Positions 6,091-15,858 of a stretch of DNA of 15,858 nt are shown piece by piece (the stretch's first letter is position 1; each line of letters begins with the position of its first letter). The position numbers were made by a program, and so were the translations under genes. Source of the DNA: Anaerolineae bacterium (lineage in GTDB: Bacteria; Chloroflexota; Anaerolineae; S140-20); assembly GCA_027021705.1 (NCBI GenBank), contig JALUTT010000029.1:1-15858 (forward strand), written 5' to 3'. Below the pieces are notes generated by a model. It had not been told where the DNA came from, ran no database searches, and worked only from the letters and a program-made list of their open reading frames with translations.

Positions 6091-8865
6091 TCACCGCCCC
6101 ACCTCCAGCTCTCCCGGCAGGTAGACGAAGTCCTCCCCTCGGTCCGTAACCAGTCGCTCCCCCGTCGTCGGATTGTAGAGCCCCACCTCGATGCGGGCCG
6201 GCCCCCGGTAGCCAGGCTCCCGAAAGGCCATCGGATGGGGGTCCACGATGATCTCGCCGGGGAGCCAGCCGCCGGTCGGCTTGCGCCCCCCGGCCGGCAC
6301 CCCGTCGTGCTGGGCGACGATCCGACCGTCGGGAGCCAGGAGGTGGGTGAAGACGGTGTAGTGGGTGCCGGTCGCCCCCTCCAGCGCCTCCCAGTAGAGG
6401 GTGAGGGTGAGGGGTTCGCCGGCCCGGATCGGTCGGTCCGGCAGGTCATAGCCGAGGAGCCGGGCCACGGAGCCAAAGCGGACCTCCATCGGGTGGGCGA
6501 TGGGGGGTGGGGTGAGGAGCCGCTCGCCGACGCGGACTTCCACCTGGCCCAGCACCAAGCGATGGCCGTTCAGGGAGAGCACCACCTCGGCGGGTCCCGA
6601 AGCCGCCTCCGGCGGCACGGTCAGCCGGCGGTGCTCCACCACCGTCTCGCCCGCCTGCCAACGGTCGGTGGGGTAGCGGCCCAGGGCCGGGGCCGCCGCA
6701 TCGGCGCTCAGCTCCCGTCCTGCCTGGACCAGGGCCAGCCGGGGCCGCAGGTCGGGGAGGGGGGCGCGGGTCGCCCGCCAGCGCAGGGTGACGAAGAGGG
6801 GCTGTCCGGGGGCCAGGGTGGTGCGGTCGAGGGCGGCGCCCAGGAGCCGGAGCCCGTCGGCCATCGGGACAGGCTCGGCCAGGGGAGGAGGGCCGCCTTC
6901 GACGCGGTAGGGGTTGTCCGTCAAGCCCAAGGGGGCGGTCAGGCGGACGGTGGTCAGCGCCAGTTGCTGCCCCTGGGGAGCGCCCTGAGCGTCCAGCAGG
7001 TCCAGGGGGCGGGGGCCGTCGGCCGTCAGCGCGTAGAGCCCCAGGGCCAGCGTGTAGGTGAGGGGCGGGGTACCCGGCGGGAGGGGGAGGAGGTGGTAGG
7101 TGGTGACCTCCCGCCCGGCGGGCCAGCGGTCGGTAGGGCGGCCTCCCTCGTCGAGGAGGGGAGCGTCGGCGGCGGCCAGGGGCCAGCCGTCGGCGTCCAG
7201 CAGCCGGAGGGCCAGGCGGTAGCGCTGGTCGGTCGCTTCGGCCAGGCGCCAGCCCAGCGCCAGGGTGAGGGCCGTGTCGGCCGGCGCCTCCGCCTCCACC
7301 CAACTCCGGGTCAGGAGGAGCGGACCGAAGCGGGCCTCGATGGGGGCCGGCGTCGGCGGCGCGACGGGCCGGTCAAGGTGGTAGACCCGGACGAAGAGGT
7401 CGTCGAACTCCTGCCGGGCGACCATCGCTCCCGCCCGCTCCAGGGCGAAGGGGATCACCCCCTGCCAGTCGCGGGTGCCCCGCCGGTAATCCAGCACGAA
7501 GACCCGACGACGGTCGGCGGTCCAGCGGGCCAGGAGCGCCCACATCCGCTCCCGGTCGGCCAGCGGAGGCATGGCAACGGTTGCCTCGCCCCGGTAGGTG
7601 AAGGGGAGGGACCAGTCGGAGTCGGGGACCAGGATCAGGTCGTCGGGGCCGGCCACCGCCTCCAGGTAGCGGGCGACCCCGCGCACGTCGTCCTTGGCGA
7701 AGGCGGGATCGAAGAAGTAGGCCCGCAGCCCCACCAAGGAGATGAGGATCAGGCTGGCGGTCGTCGCCCCTGCGAGCAGGGAGGCCAGGGCCGGACGGGG
7801 CAGGGGGGTGCGCCGGGGGAGGCGAAGGGGAGGGCCGGGAGGGCGGATGACCCCGGCGGCCAGCAGGATCAGGCCCGGGGCGAAGAGGGCGACGTAGCGG
7901 GGGTGGGCGAAGGGGCGGAGACGCCAGACGATGAGGGCGGAGCTCAAGGGGAGGAGCCAGTGGGCGGCCAGGCGGAGGGTGGTCCGGCGGGTGGCAGGGT
8001 GGGCGACCCGGAGGAGGGTGAGGGCGAGCAGCAGCAGGAGGGTGAGTCCTGCCAGTCCCTGGAGCTCAGGCCGGCCCACGGCACCGGCCAGCCCGGTCAG
8101 GTGGAAGGTCCAGACCTGACGCAGCAGGTAGTCGAGGGGGATGGGCTCGGTCAGGCCCCGCCCTATCTGGAGGCGGGCCTGGACGGCGGGCCAGTGGAGG
8201 AGGATGGCGCCGAGCCAGGGCAGGCCGGCCAGCCCCACCAGCAGGTGGGTGATCCCCCAGCGGCGCAGGTCGGTCCGGCGTCGCTGCCGCCCCAGGACGA
8301 GGAGAGACCAGCCCCCTCCGTAGGCGATGAGGAAGAGGGTCATGTAGTGCAGGTAGAGCCCCACCGCTTCGGTGAGGCCCAGGAGCAGCCAGAGGCGGCG
8401 AGGGGCCGGCGAGGCGCTGTGGACCAACTCGTGGACGAGGGCGAGCAGGGCCAGGTAGACGAGGGGGAGCAGGGCGTAGACGCGGACCTCCTGGGCGTAG
8501 ACGACGGCGAGGGGGGAGAGGGCGATGAGGAGGCCGGCGACGGCGGCGGTGGGCCGGCCCAGCCAGCGGCGAACGAGGGCGTAGAGGGCAGCAACTTGGA
8601 GGAGGCTGGCCAGCAGCGAGGCGTAGCGGGCGCTGAAGGCGGTGGTGCCCGTCAGGGCGACCCAGCCCTTCAGCAGGACGAAGTAGAGGGGGGGGTGCAG
8701 GTTGGCCGCCCGGTCGGCGACGATGTCGGCCAGGCTGGAGGTGGCCAGGTGCAGGCTGATCCCCTCGTCCCACCAGAGGCTCTGGACGTCGAGGCGGTAG
8801 AGGCGGAGGGCGAAGGCGAGCAGGAGCAGGAGCAGGAGGGCGTGCTTTCTCATCCTCATCCTCAT
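6091..8865 (-). CDS. Polytopic membrane glycosyltransferase (GT-C, PMT/ArnT-like) with three tandem C-terminal extracytoplasmic domains
   Basis: LRLYRLDVQSLWWDEG, HPPLYF and YAQEVRVYAL motifs typical of PMT_2/GT39-like proteins; many TM segments; three copies of a domain with LxLxW...PTxxWxxGE. Confidence 0.88.
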   Translation of the reverse strand: MRMRMRKHALLLLLLLAFALRLYRLDVQSLWWDEGISLHLATSSLADIVADRAANLHPPLYFVLLKGWVALTGTTAFSARYASLLASLLQVAALYALVRRWLGRPTAAVAGLLIALSPLAVVYAQEVRVYALLPLVYLALLALVHELVHSASPAPRRLWLLLGLTEAVGLYLHYMTLFLIAYGGGWSLLVLGRQRRRTDLRRWGITHLLVGLAGLPWLGAILLHWPAVQARLQIGRGLTEPIPLDYLLRQVWTFHLTGLAGAVGRPELQGLAGLTLLLLLALTLLRVAHPATRRTTLRLAAHWLLPLSSALIVWRLRPFAHPRYVALFAPGLILLAAGVIRPPGPPLRLPRRTPLPRPALASLLAGATTASLILISLVGLRAYFFDPAFAKDDVRGVARYLEAVAGPDDLILVPDSDWSLPFTYRGEATVAMPPLADRERMWALLARWTADRRRVFVLDYRRGTRDWQGVIPFALERAGAMVARQEFDDLFVRVYHLDRPVAPPTPAPIEARFGPLLLTRSWVEAEAPADTALTLALGWRLAEATDQRYRLALRLLDADGWPLAAADAPLLDEGGRPTDRWPAGREVTTYHLLPLPPGTPPLTYTLALGLYALTADGPRPLDLLDAQGAPQGQQLALTTVRLTAPLGLTDNPYRVEGGPPPLAEPVPMADGLRLLGAALDRTTLAPGQPLFVTLRWRATRAPLPDLRPRLALVQAGRELSADAAAPALGRYPTDRWQAGETVVEHRRLTVPPEAASGPAEVVLSLNGHRLVLGQVEVRVGERLLTPPPIAHPMEVRFGSVARLLGYDLPDRPIRAGEPLTLTLYWEALEGATGTHYTVFTHLLAPDGRIVAQHDGVPAGGRKPTGGWLPGEIIVDPHPMAFREPGYRGPARIEVGLYNPTTGERLVTDRGEDFVYLPGELEVGR

Positions 8866-11441
8866 CTATCCGGCACGGGGAAGGCGGTGATGCGCAGGCG
8901 CTCGGGGAGGACCACGTAGGCGTCGCGGTAGGGTTGCCCCGCCGGGTCCCGGGCCGGCAGCCGCTGCAGGGTGGTGGGGTGGTAGAGCCCTACGGCCAGG
9001 CGGTATTCCCCCGGCGGGAGCCCGCCCAGGGGGAGGAGTGCCTGGTCGGCGATCCGGTCACCGGCCTTCCATCCGCTCGTGGGGCACGCCCCGGCGCAGG
9101 GCATCGCGTCGTGCTGGCGCGCCAGCGCCCCCGTCCCGTCCAGCAGGTGGATGAAGACCTTGTAGTCGTCCGTTGGCGGCTCCAGGGCCTCCCAGAGGAG
9201 CGTCAGGCGCAGGGAGGGGCCGACCGCCTGCCAGGAGTATCCCCGCAGCCGGATGGCGGAGCCATAGGTGATCCCCGTCGGGCGGCGGAGGGGGAGGGGA
9301 GGGCCGTCGGGAGGTCGTTCGAGCCATCCCGGAAGGGGAACCCGCCGATAGTCCGGGCAGGTCAGCGCCCACCGGTAGCGGCCGGCCTCCAGGTCGGGGG
9401 GAAGGGAGAAGCTCTCCGTCAGGACGTCCAGGTCCCCGACCCTCCAGCTTCCCTCGGCCGGGGGAAGCTCCTCGAAGAAGGTCAGGGATACACCCAGGTC
9501 TCGCACGGCCCCTGAGCCGTCCAGCAGTTCCAGGCGGCAGCGGAGGGGGGCGGCGGGCGGGGCCTCCAGGGTCGCCAGGGCGAGCAGACGCCAATCCGGC
9601 TTCTCCGTCGTCGGCGGCCGGAGGTCGAGGCGGAGCAGGGAGACCGTCGGGCTGAGGGGGAGGGGCATGCCCTCGTCCAGGAGGAAGCGGGGGTGGGTGA
9701 GCTCGTAGACGCTCAGGCTGCCGTCTTCGTAGGAGGGGATCGAGGGGAGCAGGCGCTGCAGGCGGGCCGAGAGGTTGGGGGAGGTGTAGGGTTTGTGCAC
9801 CAGGAGGTAGCGAACGTTGGCCTCGGCGAGGGAGCGCAGGGCGGGTCCGAGGGCTATCGGTGTGTCGGGGGAGGGCGCGAGCATCTCGTCGGGAAGGCGG
9901 GCAGGGCGGTCCCACGCCGGGTAGAGGGCGCGGAGCAGGGGCTGAGAGGCGATGAAGGCGTAGTTCTGGGCGGTGTAGCGGGAGACGTGTCCTTCGACGA
10001 TGGGCTTGCCGTGGAGGGTTTGGTAGTAGAGCCAGCGCTTGGAGGCCGTGTAGCCCATCGGGTAGTCCACGACGCCGTACCAGGCCGGGTCCTGGGCCAT
10101 CTGCGCGAAGAAGGGGGAGCCGGGGGGGAGGTCCATCGTGGGCAGCGGGGCATACCAGTACTCGCCGACGATCAGGAGGGCGAGGGGGATGAGCCGCCAG
10201 CGATGGCGGCGGGAGAGCCCGGCGACTCCCAGGCCGGCGCTGACGGCCAGGCCGAAGACGACCAGCAGGTTGAAGCGGTCGGGAACCCGAAGGGCGGAGA
10301 AGGGGAAGTGCTCGCCCAGCAGGCGGTAGGGCAGCGGCCACCGGGGGTAGAGGGTACCATTCCAGCGGAGCACCGGTCCGGTGGCCAGGACCAGGCCCAG
10401 GCCGGCCGTGAGCAGCCATCCCCCGGCCTCCCGACGCCACCGCCGCAGGGCGAGGAGGGCCAGGACTACCGCTCCGTACCCCAGGTAGGGCATGCCCTCT
10501 TGATTGGTCTCGAAGCGTCGGTAGAGGGGTTCTGTCCACTTCCCCAGCAGGGGGTGGTAAGGCGGGGGAATGGCGTAGGCGAGCAAGTCGGTCTGCCGCG
10601 TCATCGTCTCGTCAACCAGGACAGGGGTCTGGTCCCAACGGGCCTGGGAGGTCAGGAGCGGGAGGAGGAGGGGCAGGCTCAGGATCAGGGCCAGGAGGAT
10701 GGCGAGCCCAAGGCGGAGGGCCGGCCGGGCGAGGCGGTCCCACCGCTTCCGGCGGCGGAGGGCTCGGACCAGGTGCCAGCCCAGGTAGACGACGGTCCAC
10801 ACTCCCAGCAGCAGGGCCAGGTGCAGGCTGGCCCAGAGCGTGAGGGCGGCGAAGAACCCCGTTCCCACCAGATCGGTGACCCGCCCTCGCCGGAGCAGGC
10901 GGCGCAGGAAGAGGGCGTAGAAGGGCCACCAGTGGATGGCGCTCAGGTTGGCGTGGGCCAGCGCCTGGGTGATGTGGTAAGGGGCGAAGGTGAAGAGGAA
11001 CCCGGCCAAGAGGGCTGCCGCCCGGTCCTCGGCGATCTCGTGCACCAGCAGAAAGGTTCCCATCGCGCCGATCCACAGGCCGAAGAGGAGCGAGAGGTTG
11101 TAGGCGGCCACCGGACCGAGGAGGGGGCGGATCAGCAGGGAGATGGCCGAGAAGGGAAAGGCGTGGGAGTGGGCCAGCAGGTCTGCGCCGAGGGGGTGGA
11201 AGAGGTAGGGGGTGAAGAACCAGGGCCGCCCTTCGGCGATGGCCCGGCCCAGCCACCAGGTGTCCCAGTAGAAGATCCAGACGTCGGCGTTGTTGCCGAT
11301 GATCTGGTGCGAAGGGTGCAGCGATCCCGGCATCGTCAGGACGAAGACGGCGAGGGCGTAGAGGAGGCCGACCGCTGGGATCGGAGCTCTCCGGCCCAGG
11401 GAGCGTGGCAGGCGCGTCATCGGAGGGTGCGGGCGACTCAC
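8862..11441 (-). CDS. Polytopic membrane protein, GT-C-like (YfhO-like), with C-terminal extracytoplasmic domain(s)
   Basis: Many TM segments; motifs LFHPLG, FTFAPYH, YLGY, LRVPDRF, YYQTLHGKPIVEGHVSR; C-terminal domain DYKVFIHLLD...PTSGWKAGD...YRLAVGLY. GTGA overlap with the upstream stop (an ATG 7 codons later is an alternative start). Confidence 0.8.
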   Translation of the reverse strand: MSRPHPPMTRLPRSLGRRAPIPAVGLLYALAVFVLTMPGSLHPSHQIIGNNADVWIFYWDTWWLGRAIAEGRPWFFTPYLFHPLGADLLAHSHAFPFSAISLLIRPLLGPVAAYNLSLLFGLWIGAMGTFLLVHEIAEDRAAALLAGFLFTFAPYHITQALAHANLSAIHWWPFYALFLRRLLRRGRVTDLVGTGFFAALTLWASLHLALLLGVWTVVYLGWHLVRALRRRKRWDRLARPALRLGLAILLALILSLPLLLPLLTSQARWDQTPVLVDETMTRQTDLLAYAIPPPYHPLLGKWTEPLYRRFETNQEGMPYLGYGAVVLALLALRRWRREAGGWLLTAGLGLVLATGPVLRWNGTLYPRWPLPYRLLGEHFPFSALRVPDRFNLLVVFGLAVSAGLGVAGLSRRHRWRLIPLALLIVGEYWYAPLPTMDLPPGSPFFAQMAQDPAWYGVVDYPMGYTASKRWLYYQTLHGKPIVEGHVSRYTAQNYAFIASQPLLRALYPAWDRPARLPDEMLAPSPDTPIALGPALRSLAEANVRYLLVHKPYTSPNLSARLQRLLPSIPSYEDGSLSVYELTHPRFLLDEGMPLPLSPTVSLLRLDLRPPTTEKPDWRLLALATLEAPPAAPLRCRLELLDGSGAVRDLGVSLTFFEELPPAEGSWRVGDLDVLTESFSLPPDLEAGRYRWALTCPDYRRVPLPGWLERPPDGPPLPLRRPTGITYGSAIRLRGYSWQAVGPSLRLTLLWEALEPPTDDYKVFIHLLDGTGALARQHDAMPCAGACPTSGWKAGDRIADQALLPLGGLPPGEYRLAVGLYHPTTLQRLPARDPAGQPYRDAYVVLPERLRITAFPVPDR

Positions 11442-11830
11442 GACCGCCGGCGTTCCCAGAGGGCGTAGGCAGCCCGCCAGAGGGTGAAGGCCAGGCCGCC
11501 CAGCCCCAGGAAGACGAGGACGAAGATGGGCAGGATGGGGCGGTTGAGGAGGAGCCCCCGCAAGAAGGCTCCCAGGGGGATGGCGGCCGAGCAGGCCCAG
11601 GGGACGCGCCAGACCCGGCGGGGCTCGGTCAGCGTGGCCCGGTCGTAGAGGCCGAACCAGGGGGCGACCCAGGCCCAGGCCAGCAGGAAGGGGAGGAAGG
11701 TGGTGAGCATGCGCAGGCCGGCGTCCAGTTCCCGATGGCTGGCGAAGCCGGCCACCGTCAGGATGCCCAGGGCCAGGACGTCACCGATCAAGGCGTTGCG
11801 TTGTAGGGGGGTGAGTCGGAAAGGGAGCAT
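11438..11830 (-). CDS. DUF3054-family small membrane protein
   Basis: GD...GFASH...PFLLAW...W...G..LR...F..V...WR pattern with 4 TM segments; GGAGG (11839..11835) supports ATG 11830 over the longer ORF start. Confidence 0.85.
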   Translation of the reverse strand: MLPFRLTPLQRNALIGDVLALGILTVAGFASHRELDAGLRMLTTFLPFLLAWAWVAPWFGLYDRATLTEPRRVWRVPWACSAAIPLGAFLRGLLLNRPILPIFVLVFLGLGGLAFTLWRAAYALWERRRS

Positions 11831-11894
11831 AGGACCTCCGGTGTGTGGTACGTGTTGTGGGGTGGAGAGGCGGCGGTGCACCTCGTCCACCCCA

Positions 11895-11924
11895 AGTATA
11901 CCACACCTCCCGGCGGTGGTGCAA
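11895..11924 (-). promoter_or_regulatory. Sigma70-type promoter of the DUF3054/GT-C operon
   Basis: Minus strand TTGCAC (11924..11919), 18 bp, TATACT (11900..11895) preceded by TGG (extended -10). Confidence 0.7.
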
Positions 11925-11933
11925 CCCGTGCCC

Positions 11934-12571
11934 CCCTCCCGCAGGTGCCCCACGTGACCTGCGGGAGGGTGACAGAAGCCCTCCCGCAGGTGCCCTCCAC
12001 GGCCAGAAGCGCGTCGTAGATAGCCTTCGGCAAGCTATGGTGGTTGTCGAGCACCGCGTGGCCTGCGGGAGGGTGACCCCGCAGGTGCCCTCCACGGCCA
12101 GAAGCGCGTCGTAGACAGCCTTCGGCAAGCTATGGCGGTTGTTGAGCACCGCGTGACCTGCGGGAGGTGACAGAAACCCTCCCGCAGGTGCCCTCCACGG
12201 CCAGAAGCGCGTCGTAGACAGCCTTCGGCAAGCTATGGCGGTTGTCGAGCACCGCGTGGTCTGCGGGAGGGTAACAGAAGCCCTCCCGCAGGTGCCCTCC
12301 ACGGCCAGAAGCGCATCGTGGACAGCCTTCGGCAAGCTATGGTGGTTGTCGAGCACCGCGTGACCTGCGGGAGGGTGACTCCCGCAGGTGCCCTCCACGG
12401 CCAGAAGCGCGTCGTAGACAGCCTTCGGCAAGCTATGGCGGTTGTTGAGCACCGCGTGACCTGCGGGAGGGTGACTCCCGCAGGTGCCCTCCACGGCCAG
12501 AAGCGCGTCGTAGATAGCCTTCGGCAAGCTGTGGCGGTTGTTGAGCACCGCGTGACCTGCGGGAGGGTGAC
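11934..12571. repeat. Tandem array of ~95 bp inverted-repeat-bounded units (REP/REPIN/BIME- or MITE-like): 6 full units plus 1 mini-unit
   Basis: Unit CCCTCCCGCAGGT + 69-nt core + ACCTGCGGGAGGG. Mini-unit 11934-11969; full units at about 11979-12073, 12078-12167, 12177-12271, 12281-12375, 12379-12471, 12475-12567. Confidence 0.95.
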
Positions 12572-12577
12572 ACTGGG

Positions 12578-14619
<2,042 letters not shown>

Positions 14620-14620
<1 letters not shown>

Positions 14621-15015
14621 CAGCGGCTACATCTCCCTTCTCCGTAGGCCGTCGTCTGACCGGTGCGGAAGGAGTGGCCGCACCCGCAGGTGGCGACGGC
14701 ATTGGGGTTGTCAATGCGGAAGCCGCCTCCCATCAGGTCGTCCACGTAGTCAATGGTGGAGCCCTGGAGGTAGAGCAAGCTGGTGGGGTCTACGATGAGC
14801 CGGACTCCGCCGCTCTCGACGACGATGTCCGACGGCTGGGGGTGGGCTTCGAAGGTCATCCCGTACTGGAGGCCAGAGCAGCCACCGCCGGAGACGAAGA
14901 CGCGCAGACCGTGATCGGTCAGGTTGCGCTCCTGGAGCAGCTTCTGCAACTGGCTCGCTGCCGCTTGGGTCAGGGTGAGCACGGCCGATTCCGAGGGTGC
15001 GACGGGGATACTCAT
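14620..15015 (-). CDS. iscA: A-type Fe-S cluster carrier (HesB/IscA/ErpA family)
   Basis: GGGCSGLQY and [14 protein letters not shown] carry the three conserved Cys; GGAGG RBS; TGATG overlap with yyaL. The subfamily (iscA, erpA or sufA) cannot be resolved by eye. Confidence 0.93.
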
Positions 15016-15076
15016 GGGTTGACCTCCCTTCCTTTCCTTTCCTTGGCTATCCCGGACTCTCCGACCGTTGTCAGCC

Positions 15077-15175
15077 CACCCTCCCGCAGGTCACCGGTCG
15101 AGGGCGCTTTCAGCCCCGATGGGCTATTTAAAGCACGGTTTCACGTCGGAAATGCGCCTAACCTGCGGGAGGGTG
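15077..15175. repeat. Solo copy of the inverted-repeat element with a divergent 69-nt core
   Basis: CACCCTCCCGCAGGT (15077-15091) ... ACCTGCGGGAGGGTG (15161-15175), a perfect 15-bp inverted repeat; core 15092-15160 is 69 nt. Confidence 0.9.
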
Positions 15176-15188
15176 AACAGTTACCGAA

Positions 15189-15217
15189 ATTCTAGCATAA
15201 GGGAGGGGATTTGTCAA
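15189..15217 (-). promoter_or_regulatory. Near-consensus sigma70 promoter of the iscA-yyaL operon
   Basis: Minus strand TTGACA (15217..15212), 17 bp ending in TGC, TAGAAT (15194..15189). Confidence 0.85.
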
Positions 15218-15256
15218 ATTTTCGTCTTCGAAATCCGGGGGTGCCGACGTCCCCGC

Positions 15257-15835
15257 CTACCCTCCGAACAGCGCCCTCAAGAGGATTTGCAGCAGGCCCA
15301 GCGCAGTGAACCCGAGGCCCACCTTGACCACCGTGGGATCGGGCTGCAGGGTGGGGTCCGGCTCCAGGAGTTGAAAGGCCAGGATGACCATTCCGACGCC
15401 CAGGGGGACCCATCCCAGCCCCGGTAGCAGGAGGACTCGCGCGATGAGGGCGAGGGCCTCCCGCCAGCGGTCGGCGGCCGTGGGCTGTTGCCGGATCTCC
15501 TGGAAGGCGGGCGAGTCGAGAAACTCCTGTATCGAGGTCGCCGGGGTCCAGTCCATAGTGCGGGCCCAGGCCCGCAGGAATCGCACCGCCCCGGCCAACG
15601 CCAAGGCGATGCCGCCCACCGCGATGACGACCTGGCTCACGGTTCGGGCGACCTTCATCAGGTTCCCGGAGCGGAGGGCGGGGTCCAGGGTTTCCACCCA
15701 CAGGGACCAGAAGAAGGAGGCCAGGGTGAGGATCACGCTGGCCCATCCCCAGCGCTTGACCGTCGGGGACAACTGGTCGCGTCCCACCAGCCAGGCCAAG
15801 AAGAAGAGGGCGGCGACGATGGTCACGAGGGTCAT
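15257..15835 (-). CDS. Hypothetical membrane protein (about 5 TM segments)
   Basis: Hydrophobic ORF with GC-rich third positions. ATG 15835 is assumed, but the frame stays open to the right edge, so the gene may start further upstream. Confidence 0.7.
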   Translation of the reverse strand: MTLVTIVAALFFLAWLVGRDQLSPTVKRWGWASVILTLASFFWSLWVETLDPALRSGNLMKVARTVSQVVIAVGGIALALAGAVRFLRAWARTMDWTPATSIQEFLDSPAFQEIRQQPTAADRWREALALIARVLLLPGLGWVPLGVGMVILAFQLLEPDPTLQPDPTVVKVGLGFTALGLLQILLRALFGG

Positions 15836-15858
15836 CGGGGCTTCCAACCAGGCAGGCA

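Noticed and set aside
8848..8865. ATGAGG hexamer repeat (MRMRMR) at the start of the GT-C gene as a phase-variation tract
   Set aside because: Only three units, and a 6-bp unit would not shift the frame; it only makes the start codon ambiguous.
11934..12571. CRISPR array (palindromic ~35 bp repeats at regular spacing)
   Set aside because: The intervening 69-nt segments are near-identical rather than unique, repeat length varies, there is no AT-rich leader and no cas gene is in the window.

Overview
GC-rich bacterial window; the gene content (GT-C membrane proteins with repeated 'PTxxWxxG' extracellular domains, DUF3054, tandem GNAT) suggests Chloroflexota/Anaerolineae, which is an inference. 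From left to right: a minus-strand hypothetical gene that runs off the left edge and has a strongly structured, IS-end-like upstream region; a gtrA-family + GT4 glycosyltransferase pair (-); an M20 peptidase + atypical receiver protein (+); a ~610 bp intergenic region with two candidate structured RNAs (one possibly 6S-like, behind a near-consensus sigma70 promoter); a tandem GNAT (+); a third small candidate sRNA; a translationally coupled DUF3054 + two GT-C-like genes (-); a ~640 bp tandem array of ~95 bp inverted-repeat units; yyaL-like + iscA/erpA-like genes (-); and a membrane protein gene (-). The most unusual signal is a REPIN/MITE-like element, CCCTCCCGCAGGT-N69-ACCTGCGGGAGGG. It occurs as 6 near-identical tandem units plus one mini-unit just after the yyaL stop, and as a solo copy with a very different core of exactly the same length (69 nt) in the predicted iscA 5' UTR, so the family brackets that operon. 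Substitutions between array units are all transitions and preserve a plus-strand stem.
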